A DNA stretch of 54,067 nt from Intoshia linei. Its lineage: Eukaryota > Animalia > Orthonectida. The position numbers and the translations under genes were made by a program. Positions 1 to 17,400 of the stretch are shown here, piece after piece. How positions within the stretch are numbered: the first letter of the stretch is position 1; the number at the start of each line of letters is the position of its first letter. Below the pieces are notes generated by a model that made no database searches, was not told the origin of the DNA, and was given only the letters and a program-made list of their open reading frames with translations. The stretch spans positions 1-54,067 of the forward strand of contig LWCA01000105.1 in assembly GCA_001642005.1 (NCBI GenBank), read 5' to 3'.

Positions 1-493
1 AACTAGATAAAATTTAATCGGTAATTGTGTTCTAAATTACATTTCGAACGCTCATTAAAATATACTTTTGTTAATTCAACCGAAAGTTTAAAAAGTGGAC
101 ACCCTAATAGTTAATTAATTTGAACAAAAAAAATTAAAATAATTTTATTCTTTAAAAAAAACAATTTTGATCACCAAGTAAACTTACACCTATTCAAAAT
201 TTACTCACAAGCAATTAGATTCGTTAGTTAGTTAGATTCAAGTTAGTTAAATTAAATTAATGTATTAAAAGTATAAATTGGTGCAAAAGTGTGTTTTACT
301 GTTAAAGGTAAACTGTACTTAAAAAGTGATTGAAACATCGATCAAAAAAATGAAAGTTAAAGTCGTATACGTTTATTTTTGCAAAAAATTGATAAATACC
401 AGCCAATCTCACTAACTTTACAAGATAAAATGACGGGATAAAGTTAAAGACAATTTAAATAATTTTCAAATTACTAACTATAGTAACATTGCA

Positions 494-3400
494 ATGAATT
501 TACCTATTTTGAATAATTTTATAAATCCTCACCCAGATTTTGATGACAAAATAGACTGCCTGGGAATAGCTGTATGCTGCTCATTTAATCATTACGGAAC
601 ATTGCTAGCCGTAGGCTGTAATGATGGACGAGTAATAATTTGGGATTTTTTGACGCGCGGCCGAGCAAAAAGTAGAATATGGTTTTTGTTTTAAATATGA
701 ATTTAGTTGTAAGTGTTCACATAATGTGCATAACACGGATATCTTGGAATTATTCTGGTCATTTACTGCTCAGTACATCTGCCGATAACACTATAAAGAT
801 ATGGGAAGTTTTGGAGGATGAATCAATTTTAACATTGAGCTTACCTTCTCCAATTTTAAACGTAAAATTTCACCCAAAATACGACAGCATTTTTATAGTC
901 AATTTATACTATCATCAGAGTCTTATCTTCAACACACATTTAAAATTTTATTGTATTCTACCGATTTGCGTGTCCAGTTTAGACGTAAACGTTATTTCTT
1001 CTTTTGATAGATCTGGTAAATATATTTATTTTGCTAATGGACACGGTGTTGTAACTGTTCGCAGATTTTATATCAAAGATTTATGTGTGGATTCTAAAAA
1101 TATTTGTAGTGATGGTCAGGTTTTTGATAATATTACAGATACAAATTACAAATTAGTTGATTGTGATAAATTTTTGAAAGTTACATCTGCATTTCGAATA
1201 CACCCTGGTGTTACTCTTGTAGCAATAAAAGCCATTAATTTTGCTAAAAATGATAAATTGTTTTTACTCAATTGTTCCGATCGTGTTATTCGTATGTATT
1301 CTCCTGAAATTTTACCGCCATATGAAAACGATCAAGTCAATTACTTAAATTGTATCAAAAAATTCCAGGATTTGGTTAATAAGACTGTATGGGTTAGTTG
1401 TATTTTTTCTGGAGACAATGAATTCGTTGTAGCTGGAGCTTCGAAACAGCAACATTGTTTGTATATTTGGCAAACTGTCAATGGAAATCTTGTTAAAATA
1501 CTCAATGGAGCTAAAGGCGAAACTGTCATTGATGTAATTTTTTTAATTTTTTATTATTCTGATAATGTAATTAGAAAATTTTGAATTGATAGATTTAGTG
1601 TTCTATAACCGTTTCTTAATCTTTTGTCTATATGCCAATTTTATTTCAAAAATTTTTTCTTCCTCAGGGCACTGGAGAGTGGTAAGCCTCGGTTGATAAA
1701 AATTATTGAGTATTAATGTAAATTCTAACAATAAATTCTGAAACAACAAATACTCGAATAATGCAGAGTTGCCAGAAAATAAATTGATCTTATCCCAGCG
1801 TTAATAATTTATTTGCATAGATTTTTTGATGGCAATGTTGTTTACAATGTAAACTTTACATTAAATTGAAAACGTGATAGAATAATTGTAATTGAAATTT
1901 AAGATTGAAAAGTTTGAGTTACAATTTTTCTACTGTCAAATTCAACAATTTACCTTAGAGTTTAAGATTTTAATAAAATTTAATTAATTTATTTTTTTGA
2001 TTTTGTAAAATATTTAAATTAATTATTTAGTCATGTTTTTTGATTTTTTAACGAAATGAGAGACTCATTAAACAAAACTAATCTAAATTGATTTACTGTC
2101 GTTCTCTTGACTTAACATTTTAAATTTAATACACACATTGTTATGATATAATTTAAGAATATAATTTTTTTAATGTTCAATTTTGAAAAATGAAACACCC
2201 ATTTTACAAAAATTTTGATACGCTATCATCGGAAGGAGGCTTGGTACGGTATGTTCGACAAGATTTGGTAAAAATAGATAAAGGGGATTGTTCACTTAAG
2301 CATTAAGGATTGGTAAAATTTTATTTTTTATTTTGGGTTGTAATAAGAGATATTTTATCATAAGATTTTGTAAAATGGGATTTTTATTGTGGGGTTTGAA
2401 TAAGATGTTTTTCTCATAAGATTTGGTAATATCGCATTTATCAAAAAAAAATTCGGAAAAAGGGGATTTTGAAGTGGATTAAGTGGTTTTTTTGTAGAAA
2501 TTTTATAAAGAGGATTTTTCCCTTAAGGGTTGGTAAAATTGTTATTTTTTTATTTAGTTAGTAGTGATTATGATTTCCCGGGAAAAATAAAAAATTTTTA
2601 TTCATATATAATATAGAAGCATTAAAAATTTTAGAGACATTAATTAATTTTAGAAACAAAAAAAAATTTAATTAATGAAATATCACAAATCTAGATTAAA
2701 ATTTACAAATTTAATCAGAAAAAAATTTATTTATTTTAGATTGTTGAAAAAGTGTTTCAAAACACACATAATATTGTATAGATTCGTCTTTTAAATGCTT
2801 TCTACGTTTTGTAACAAAATTAGAAGCAGTAGAGAAATTTTTTTCATTTTGTATTGACGTAGGTTGAACGGACATAAGGGCTTCCTTTAATTTTAACAAT
2901 CTTGATGATAGCGTTGCAGTTCGTAACAAGTCATAATATTTTTCAAAATAATATTGGAAAAAGAGGATAATTCCCTTAAGCGTTAGTAATTTGTGGTTGG
3001 AATAAGAGGTTTTTAAAAAAAGTATTGGAAAAAGGATATTTTTCCATAAAGGGCTGGAAATTAGATTTTTTATTTGTGGTTTGATGATGTGGATTTTTTT
3101 CATAAGATTTCATAAAATCGAAGTTTTGAAAAGAATATCGGTGTAAGTCAATTTTTCCGTGAGGGCTTGAAATGGTATTTTTGATTAAATTTTATTAGTG
3201 GTGAGATTTTTGAAATGGTAAATTTTAAATATTATAATATAATCATATTTTCCGGGAAATATCTCGGGAATTTTGTCCCGGCACAATCACTAGAATTAAG
3301 TGAATTTATATCATCAGGTTTGGTAAAATAGGATTTTTTTAAAAAATGTTGTAAAAAGGGGATTTTCTCTAAGGGTTTGAAATTGTATTTTTTATTAAAT

Positions 3401-4848
3401 TTTATTAATGGAGGGATAAAAGTGGGATTTTTGAAATAATAATGTAGCGGTAGTCTAGGCTTTGGAATAAATCGCCACATCTGGCAACTTTGGTCTAATG
3501 GTGTAAATAAAAATATAGACTAAAGATATTTGCCATAAATAAAGAACAAGATATAGACATAAAAATATATAACCGTAGGCTGGTCATAAGATCGTATATC
3601 TCTTGTGACTCACAACAAATTGTGTATTTCTTAATATATTTATATTCAATGATATCAACTTTTTTAATTTTTAACTAACATTGTCAAAAAACAAAAACTA
3701 AGTATGTGTTTATTGAAATATCCCCCTTTGGAAGTCACCACTAAAATATCAATTACAAAATTTCGATGAGAACCTAACAGAAAATGGTCGTTTTAATAGA
3801 GTCGACTGTATGTTTAATTATTATAAATTTTAGTTGGATTACCATCCAAGTAGACCCATGCTTGCTTCTGTGTCCAATCTGGGAACAGTTAGTTTGTGGC
3901 TTCAAGTAATATATTTTTAAATCTAAATAATAATACATATATTTTACTTTGTACATGTATATTACTTTTATGAAAGATTATGTCTTACTCATTAAATGGT
4001 TTTTTATCATCAAGAGAGATATTGTTACTATTTTGATATAAATGGTTTTAGGCTCATGTTGAAAATTGGTCAGCATTTGCTCCAGATTTTAACGGTAATT
4101 TTTATTTATTTACATTTTAATGTATGCATTCAGTTCCACTTAACGAGCCCTGTACCAGACGGACCATACTGTAAAATTCATGAAATTTAAAATTGGATTT
4201 ACTGTTTGATTATGTTTACTTTGATTTTATGTATCTTTTTTTTGAATTTTGATTTAATTTTTGTAATTTAAGGACCCATTTTGATATTGAAACTGAACTG
4301 CAGTGCACAGTATGCTTTCACATTTTAAATGTTGAATTTGAACATTGATTTAATTTTATTTATAATGTAGAAGTTGAAACAAATGTAGAATATGATGAAC
4401 GCGAATCTGAATTTGACATAGAAGATGAAGACAAATCAACCGTAATCAATTTAATCATTGTATTGTACATTTAAATTAAAAGGTAGAAGAAATGGAAGTA
4501 GAAGTAGACGACGATAATGTAGATGTTACTACAGTTGAACCGTTAGAAAATAACATTGGTGATGAGGATGATTCATTCACGCAAGAATTGTTATATTTAA
4601 TGGAAAATTGTACAACAAAAAAATATGTATTTACTGAACCATTACTGTTTTTGCCTGTTACTCCATACGTTGATCCAAATTTGAATATAAATAAAGATGT
4701 CAAAATTGAGACTGAAAATGAAAAAGAAAGTGTTCAATTACCAGAACGTAAAAAAATAAAAATTGAACTAAATTCAGCCCCCACTACTGTCATACATCCA
4801 ATGGCACTTCATCTTCAAAAAATTAAAAAAAAAGAAAAGAGAAAATAA
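494..4848 (+). CDS. RBBP5: Retinoblastoma-binding protein 5 (COMPASS/MLL WD40 subunit), 6 exons, ~518 aa
   Basis: Exons 494-671, 707-1533, 3834-3905, 4052-4094, 4371-4441, 4483-4848 join in frame across GT-AG introns. Motifs match RBBP5/Swd1: GTLLAVGCNDGRVIIWDFLTRG, LLNCSDRVIR, FQDLVNKT, GNLVKILNG, VENWSAFAPDF, EYDERESEFDIEDED, VDVT. Confidence 0.95.
2260..3440. repeat. Degenerate ~30-bp minisatellite arrays (approximate unit AAGGGTTGGTAAAATNGGATTTTTNCCTT), interrupted by the hAT relic
   Basis: GGTAAAA...GATTTTT units recur at 2260-2550 and 2940-3440; the same family occurs elsewhere in the window. Confidence 0.65.
2760..2950 (-). mobile_element. hAT transposase relic (C-terminal dimerisation domain) in RBBP5 intron 2
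   Basis: Part of ORF 2711..3103 reads LKEALMSVQPTSIQNEKNFSTASNFVTKRRKHLKDESI, resembling the hAT dimerisation motif (L..PxTS...ERxFS......TKxR..L.D..I). Confidence 0.7.
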
Positions 4849-5136
4849 TAATCATCTTATTTTGTACATTTTATTATATAATACATTCTTGTGTCATTCA
4901 TTTTGATAACTCAAACTTTTATAAATTATGTATTTGGAATACTAGATTTTTGTAAAGATGTGACAGTAAGAAAGTAAACAATTTACAAAATGTTTTGTGA
5001 AATATCTTTGACATTAAGTTGTTTAATGCATGGATTCATAAATGGAATACGAAATGTCTATTTAAACTATTGAGTTTAATTTTATTATATCATCGGAATT
5101 GAATAGTAAACAATTTATTTTGCATATAAATATAAA

Positions 5137-10587
<5,451 letters not shown>

Positions 10588-11238
10588 CTGTTTGACAATA
10601 AAAAATAAAATATAAAATTTAAACTTTTAATTGAAAATGAATATATATTAATATAAAAAAATGTGATGATTGATTGATTATTAAAAATATGAAAGCATCA
10701 ATAAAAATTGATTTAAATGGCTGAAATAAAAGCAAATGTTATAAAATGAGCAGAATATTTATAAAATCGATTTTTAAACTTGAATTAATTATTAATTATT
10801 CAGTGCTATCTACTGAGATAATGTATGTTGCATGTTTACGTGGTATTGCTTACTTTTGAAAATTTTATGCTATTACTAAATTATTGTAATTGTATTATAT
10901 TAAAATACAATACTAATATCTAATAGTAACTAAAACTAACGACAATTACGTTTATTAAAATGCATAGGTCTATAATGAATTGATTGAATGCTCAAACGTT
11001 AAAAACTGAGCTAAATTAAACAAATTAATCGTTGTATTGTTAAAAGGACACGGTGATTAACACAATTAAATCATTTACATACTCAAGAAATTAGCATTCT
11101 GAATATACATGGGTATGTTAGTGTTGAACATTTTCAGTTACAATTTAGATATTATAAACTCTTTACAATCTAATGCGCAGTTTAATCACTGAAAACGAAA
11201 GATTAAAATATTTTTCTTTATTGAGAGGCTAAACATGA

Positions 11239-14200
11239 ATGATGAAAATCAAGGGTGGCAAAATAACAAGCATATTTAACAATAAGGCAAAATCTGTGTC
11301 TGAGAATGTTAAAATTAATGTTATACCTTCCAATGAATCCAAAACTTCATATTCACTTAGAGATATCAATGAAACGGTTTCAAATTCTGATGTCGATAGT
11401 TTTCACAATTTACCTCTTAATTTACCGGAAGATAAACCAAATATTTTTCATTTTTTTCAATCCAAAAACAATTTTTTTAATATCAAAAATACCAAAGTTA
11501 AATTATGTCTTCCAATATTCTTTTTACTTGTTCAAACTGTCATTGGCGCTTTTCTAATTGTACATTCAGGTTACATTTTTTATACTCTATTATATTATAT
11601 ATAGCCATGCACATTCAAAACATGTTCAAGGACTCACAACTTCTTTTCTTTACAGTGTATATGTCTCTTATACCTCATTTACTTATTTATCCATTTTATC
11701 GAATTGTACATATATTTTATCAATCGAATAAGCCTTATACAATTTTATCTATATTCGTGTATGTTTTTCATTTTTGATCCTTTTTTGCAAATTTTCTTTA
11801 ATCGTTTTTATTTAGAAATAACCTTTTCGCGGACCATCGTTTTGAAAGAACCGGTAAATTTATACGCTGTATCGTTATTATGTTATTTCTATCTTCTTTA
11901 ATATGCATAACTATATATTGCTGGATAAATGGTATCCTTAATAGAACCTTGCTTGAAGTATTTATAATTGGTCAGTCGTACATCAATTTCTTATACATTA
12001 TTAATTGGATTATTTTGAAAAAAAAATTCATTGGGTTCAAGGTATTTTTATTATTTACATAAATCCATTAATTATCCATCGAGGATACGTACTTGAATAA
12101 AATCCATTACATTATTATATTATTATAGGCTAGGGGTGACAACCTTTTGCATCTAGTGGGCTCTTTTTTATATCAAAAAATTATACGGCCCCGTTTTTGA
12201 AAATTTACACATGATACATCTTAATTGAAGAGAAACGGTTCTAGGCATTCAACAAAATAAAATCCAGGCGATTTGAAAATTTTGTATTAAATTAAATGAT
12301 TCTAATTATCCAATGTACTAGAAAATGTTTAAGACGATACTTAAAAATTGAAGGAGAATGAATGTATAATTTTTTTGACAACTATATATGTTAAGGAATC
12401 GTTGATATGATAAATTTTTCTGCATGCAAAATCGCAAAACTTAAGGGTGCCTTAATAAAAACTTAATTATATAGAATTGTATACATTGTAAATGGTTAAT
12501 TTAGATAGTCAGCATCGTTGTAACATTTATCGGAGTATCTATAATCAATTACACTCCTTTTATAAATACATCTAAAGATCAATATAAAACATTCTTAAAG
12601 CTATGGTCAGCCATCTCTATTAGTTTTTTCTCTTTCTTTGCGGCGTTATCTAAGGTAAATTTAATTTAATATACAATATTGACTTTAATATAATTTATAA
12701 ATAGTTATTACTATATGTTATTAATAATAACTTATTATAATGGTCTTGTGTTACTAGAAGTTTATATAGACTGAATTTTAATTAATGGTGGATCGCCATT
12801 AAGTTCAAGAATCTCATTACCTTTATGTTTTTGATTATTATAATTCGTTTGAAAAATTATGGGAATATTTTGGATTATTTTTTTTTATGTTATATACTCA
12901 TACAACTACCTTAACCCTTACGAGACAATAACACGTGTATTATTAAACTTTTATTTTTTGAAATTTAAGTTTACATGAAGTGAAAATTTTAATAAAATTA
13001 GTGTAAACATTTCTAAAAATTAATAGTCCCGTAAGGGTTAAAATTAAAAATTTTGATGAAATAGTAGTTACAATTAGTGATTGTGGTTGCCATTTTTTAA
13101 CTTTTTTGGTTGCCTTGTGGAGCAAGAAATCACCCATTATACGGAAATTTGTCTAACACCCTATTCATTTATAATAATAGGCCCGTTATCGGTTTCACAT
13201 CCAATGATTCATATATGAATCATTAAAAATTTCAAAAAAATCGAATGATTTCCCAAAAGGGTTGGTAAAAGTGGCTTTTTGCCTTAAAGGTTGGTAAATT
13301 TTAATTTTTAGTAAAAATAGTTGGATTTTAGTATATTTTAAATTTTAAGGAGCCAGATAGGTGTATATGAGGTGTACTTCATTATCATATTAAAAATAAA
13401 TCAAAAAAAACGAAAATGTGTGAAACTGTTATATAACCAATATCCACCTCTCCTATTCGTGTCATATTTCATGAAAGATAAAAAAAATTACTTAAATTAA
13501 GTTTCAAAGATAGATTCTCAGTAACGTCTTTAGTGACCAGGTTTCAATGTTTGAAAAATGTTGATCTACATTATATTTACCAGATGGATTAAATTAAAAT
13601 TTAGATATTGATGCACAAAATATTTCATCCAATAAACGTTGGAATAAGTTCATTTGCAATTAGTTTTTCCGGTATTTGAATTTAATAATCCTTAATTATA
13701 TAATATGCCACGCTATATTTGTTTGTTATTAAGTGTTCCATTGTGGATTTTTAAGTTAGATTTTCAACGTGAATTTATTTTTTTGATATAATAAAAATTG
13801 ACCTCGGCAGATCTAGGTGCTGTTTGTACATAGTACATAACAGTCAACCTAGTATATTATAATTATGTATATCATGTTAATTAAACTTTTATAGCATTTT
13901 TGGGACTGCTCTGTTTGTGGCCTATTATTCTAATTTTACATTATTCACACATTGAATATTTTATTACCTTTAACACCATACCTTGGAAAGATGTATCTAT
14001 ATTTTGTATATATTCTTTTGGTAATATTTTACAATTGCATATATTTATTCAACATTTAGGAATAACCATAATTTTTGTATTTGGAGATTTTATATCGTAC
14101 GACAGCTTAACAAAATTGACTTTCAATTTAGCTCTTATCATATTAATCGGTAATATAAAAGTATACAATAAATTTATTAATTAAATTATAGTCATGTTTT

Positions 14201-14340
14201 CCAAAAAAAACCAAATTAAATCAACAGAAATAACCGCCATATTTATGGTATTTCTGGGTGCATTTTTAGAATACCTACCTGATAATATAATCTCCAATTT
14301 ATCACGAAACAACAAGATTGAATCAAAAGTTTTGTCTTAA
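11239..14340 (+). CDS. Solute carrier family 35 member F3/F4-like multi-pass membrane transporter (DMT superfamily)
   Basis: Spliced hydrophobic exons at about 11239-11569, 11604-11756, 11816-12041, 12504-12653, 13605-13671, 13895-14021, 14060-14149, 14192-14340. The segments WIILKKKFIGFKIVSIVVTFIGVSII and LLCLWPIILILHYSHIEYFITFNTIPW resemble SLC35F3/F4. Confidence 0.7.
12130..12330 (-). mobile_element. Family A MITE fragment, inverted
   Basis: Reverse complement of the right half of 26459-26775 (taggggtgacaaccttttgc...gaaacggttctag...caacaaaataa). Confidence 0.7.
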
Positions 14341-14443
14341 TTACGTTTATATATTAAAACATTTTTCAAAATTTGATAACTTTTAGTATTTATTAACTAA
14401 AATTGTAAATTACAACACGAATACTTGTTATTGTTTAGTAGTA

Positions 14444-17400
14444 TTAAAATATAGATAATTCAATGAGATTATTGAGCAAAATAGGTAATTTGGCTATTCT
14501 GTTGACACTTAGAATATTCTTTTCCTTAACTGACACAATTTCAGCCATTTTTTCGTGATCCACGAAATCCCCGACACCCACAGAGATGATGTTGATGTTA
14601 TTGTTTTTTAAATTATTTGCTTCATTTACAGTATGTTCTTCTTCGAGGTTTGCAACACCGTCAGAAAACAGTACAACCAGTTTATTTAAATGACGTGCCG
14701 AATTTCTAAAATGGTCATTGGCTATTCTAAGAGATTTAGCAATGTTTGTTTTTCCAGATCGATATTTCACGTTATTCCATATGGCGAATTGTAAATCTTG
14801 CAAATTTTTATATTGGCCTATCGATATATCCAGTTGAGCATCATCTGCAAAAGTTATGACTCCAACGTTAATTCCATTCGTCTTTGTATGACTATCAAAG
14901 GTTACTACTTCTGAAAGATAATTATTGAAAAATGTTTTTATTTGAGTCATGTGACTACGACGAACACTCCCCGAAACATCCAATACCAAAACTAAATCAA
15001 ACTGTTTTGAAGACTTGCTGCAGTATTTACCAATGTAATTACCCGAACAGTAACAATTATAGCTATTAAATAAAACATTGCATTGACTGTTTGACTGACA
15101 ATTTGAATTTTGACACCCGGAATATCCATACAAAATTTTTGACATTATATCTTGTCTAAGGTTTGGGTAATTGTAGTTATCTAGTTTCAAAATGTTCTTT
15201 TCGTAAGGCAATGAGGAAACAGCTCTCCAAGTTGGACTATAATCATCTTCACCAAAATTACCGTATTTATCTAAAACTCCGTAAGATAAAATTCCAACAT
15301 TATTGTTTCTTAATTTCACTGCCCAATTGAATGAATTTTGCAAATTATCACTTGATCCATCATTAGACAGTAAAATTATACTTTTACGATCAGAATTATC
15401 TCTTTTGTAATTTTCATTAAACACATTATCGTGTATTAATAGAAGTATGCCTGATAAATTGGTTTTTCCGCGAGTATATGTGATTGTATTTATCTAAATT
15501 TATATAAATTTTCCCGTATACTGTAAATTACTAAATTAAGTAGTAATTTCTTGTCACTGCTCAAGTATTCATGAAGTATTGCATCATTTGCATACGATCC
15601 GAGGCCAATTCTCCACCCTCCTGCCACATTTTCAATGAGTTTGAAGAGAGCTGCAATGTCATAATAATATTGGTCCGAATTTCGACTCCCTGATCGATCT
15701 ATTGCGATTTGTAAATCTACTTTATTACTGGAAACTGCTAAATTAAAAATAAAAAATATTTATAATATTCAACCGTTTTGACAATTTTTTCCATTGTAAA
15801 AATCTTGGCAATAACATATGTATCCTCCAATCAAATTTTCGCATGTACCGTAATTGCAAATATTGTTAGAACATTCGTTATTATCTAAATTGATTTTGTA
15901 AAAAATAATTGTCCTTCATTATGTGTACCAGTGGTCACAAACTTTTTTACCTAGGCACGAAATTTTTCTCCTGCGCCAAAATTTAATTTATAACATAAAT
16001 TATAAGATTTTTTTTAGAATATTATCACAGCGTCAGTGTTTACATTCTCAGTTCAATATCACACAATTCTAATTTTTTTTTGCAGACTAATAAATTTTAT
16101 ATTGGGTCGGGTAATTAAATAATTAGTCCGCAGACTAAAATAATAATTTTATGAATAATGAATATAAAAACTTTTGAAAAGTCAATTTCTTACTAAATTC
16201 TTTGTAAAAATTAATTTTTTCTCAAGGGTTTCGTAAAAGTGGATTTTACACATAAGTTTTGGTAAAATTAGTAAAATTAGTCTTAATTTCTGATGATATT
16301 TGTATAGCATGATGGTGGTGTTCGTAACAGATCAAATTTGGTATAAATATATTGAACTGTACTTAATACATCAGAATGGCAACTAGTGGCCAACAGTATA
16401 ATTTTTGTTTGTTCTTTGTGTAAATACGTAAATAATTCGTATTATTTATTTTTAAATTTTTGAACTTTAAAACACTGTTTTAAACATTCTCTACTGTAAT
16501 TGGCACATTATAATCATTTTAATACCGAATTTTCAGATGGCTCTGGATTTTATTTTGTTGAATATACTAGAACCGTTTCTGTTCAGTTAAAATTTAAATT
16601 TATCACTTGTAAATTTTCAAAGATGGGCCCGTAGAATTTATTAATATAAAAAAGTTACCCACGAGATGGAAAAGTTGCCGACCCCTGTAGTACAGTGTAT
16701 TGTACTTTAATTTATAAATGTATTGTAAAATCAAAAAAAGTTTGATTTTAAATAAAAAATTTTATTTTGTATTGTCATTTTTTAATAAATTTTTGTTACT
16801 ATCGATTTTTAAATTTAGTCTAAATTTAAATTTATTGTTTTTAATTTATATTAATTTTCAAGTAAATTGATTATTTTTAATAAAATTAGGTTTTAGAATA
16901 AAAAATGTATCAGAATACAGATGACGAGTTGTAACGATTAGTAGAGAGGAATTCAGATAAGGTCATTTAAATAAGATAAAAAGTTGCCCTGTATTGCACC
17001 GTACAGCAGTGGTTTTCATATGGGCACTAGCGCCCAAGTGGGCGTTTTCAAAATTTACACCGTTGCAACCAATATTATTGAAAATTTCAAATACATGTAT
17101 GTTATTTTTTACATTTTTAAGGGTAATATTAAAACTGAAACTGTAAACAAAATATTGAGTAAATATATTAAGTATAGAAAAAAATTTAATATATATCAAA
17201 GAGGAGATATTATTATCAAATTAACCAAGAATTAAGGAGTTTTACTACTAAATCAACAGGCCCAAGGATGACGTGGAATTCAATAAAAATTATTTACCTT
17301 TTATTTCATTATTATTGATATTAAAAAAGTATAGTTCATCTTATCATAGGGGTCGTTGATTTAGAAATTTATGAATTATGGTATAATGAAGCGTTGGTTT

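Noticed and set aside
16963-17235. ORFs 16963..17199 (-) and 16984..17235 (+)
   Set aside because: They lie across a MITE in an intron and show no recognisable protein motif.
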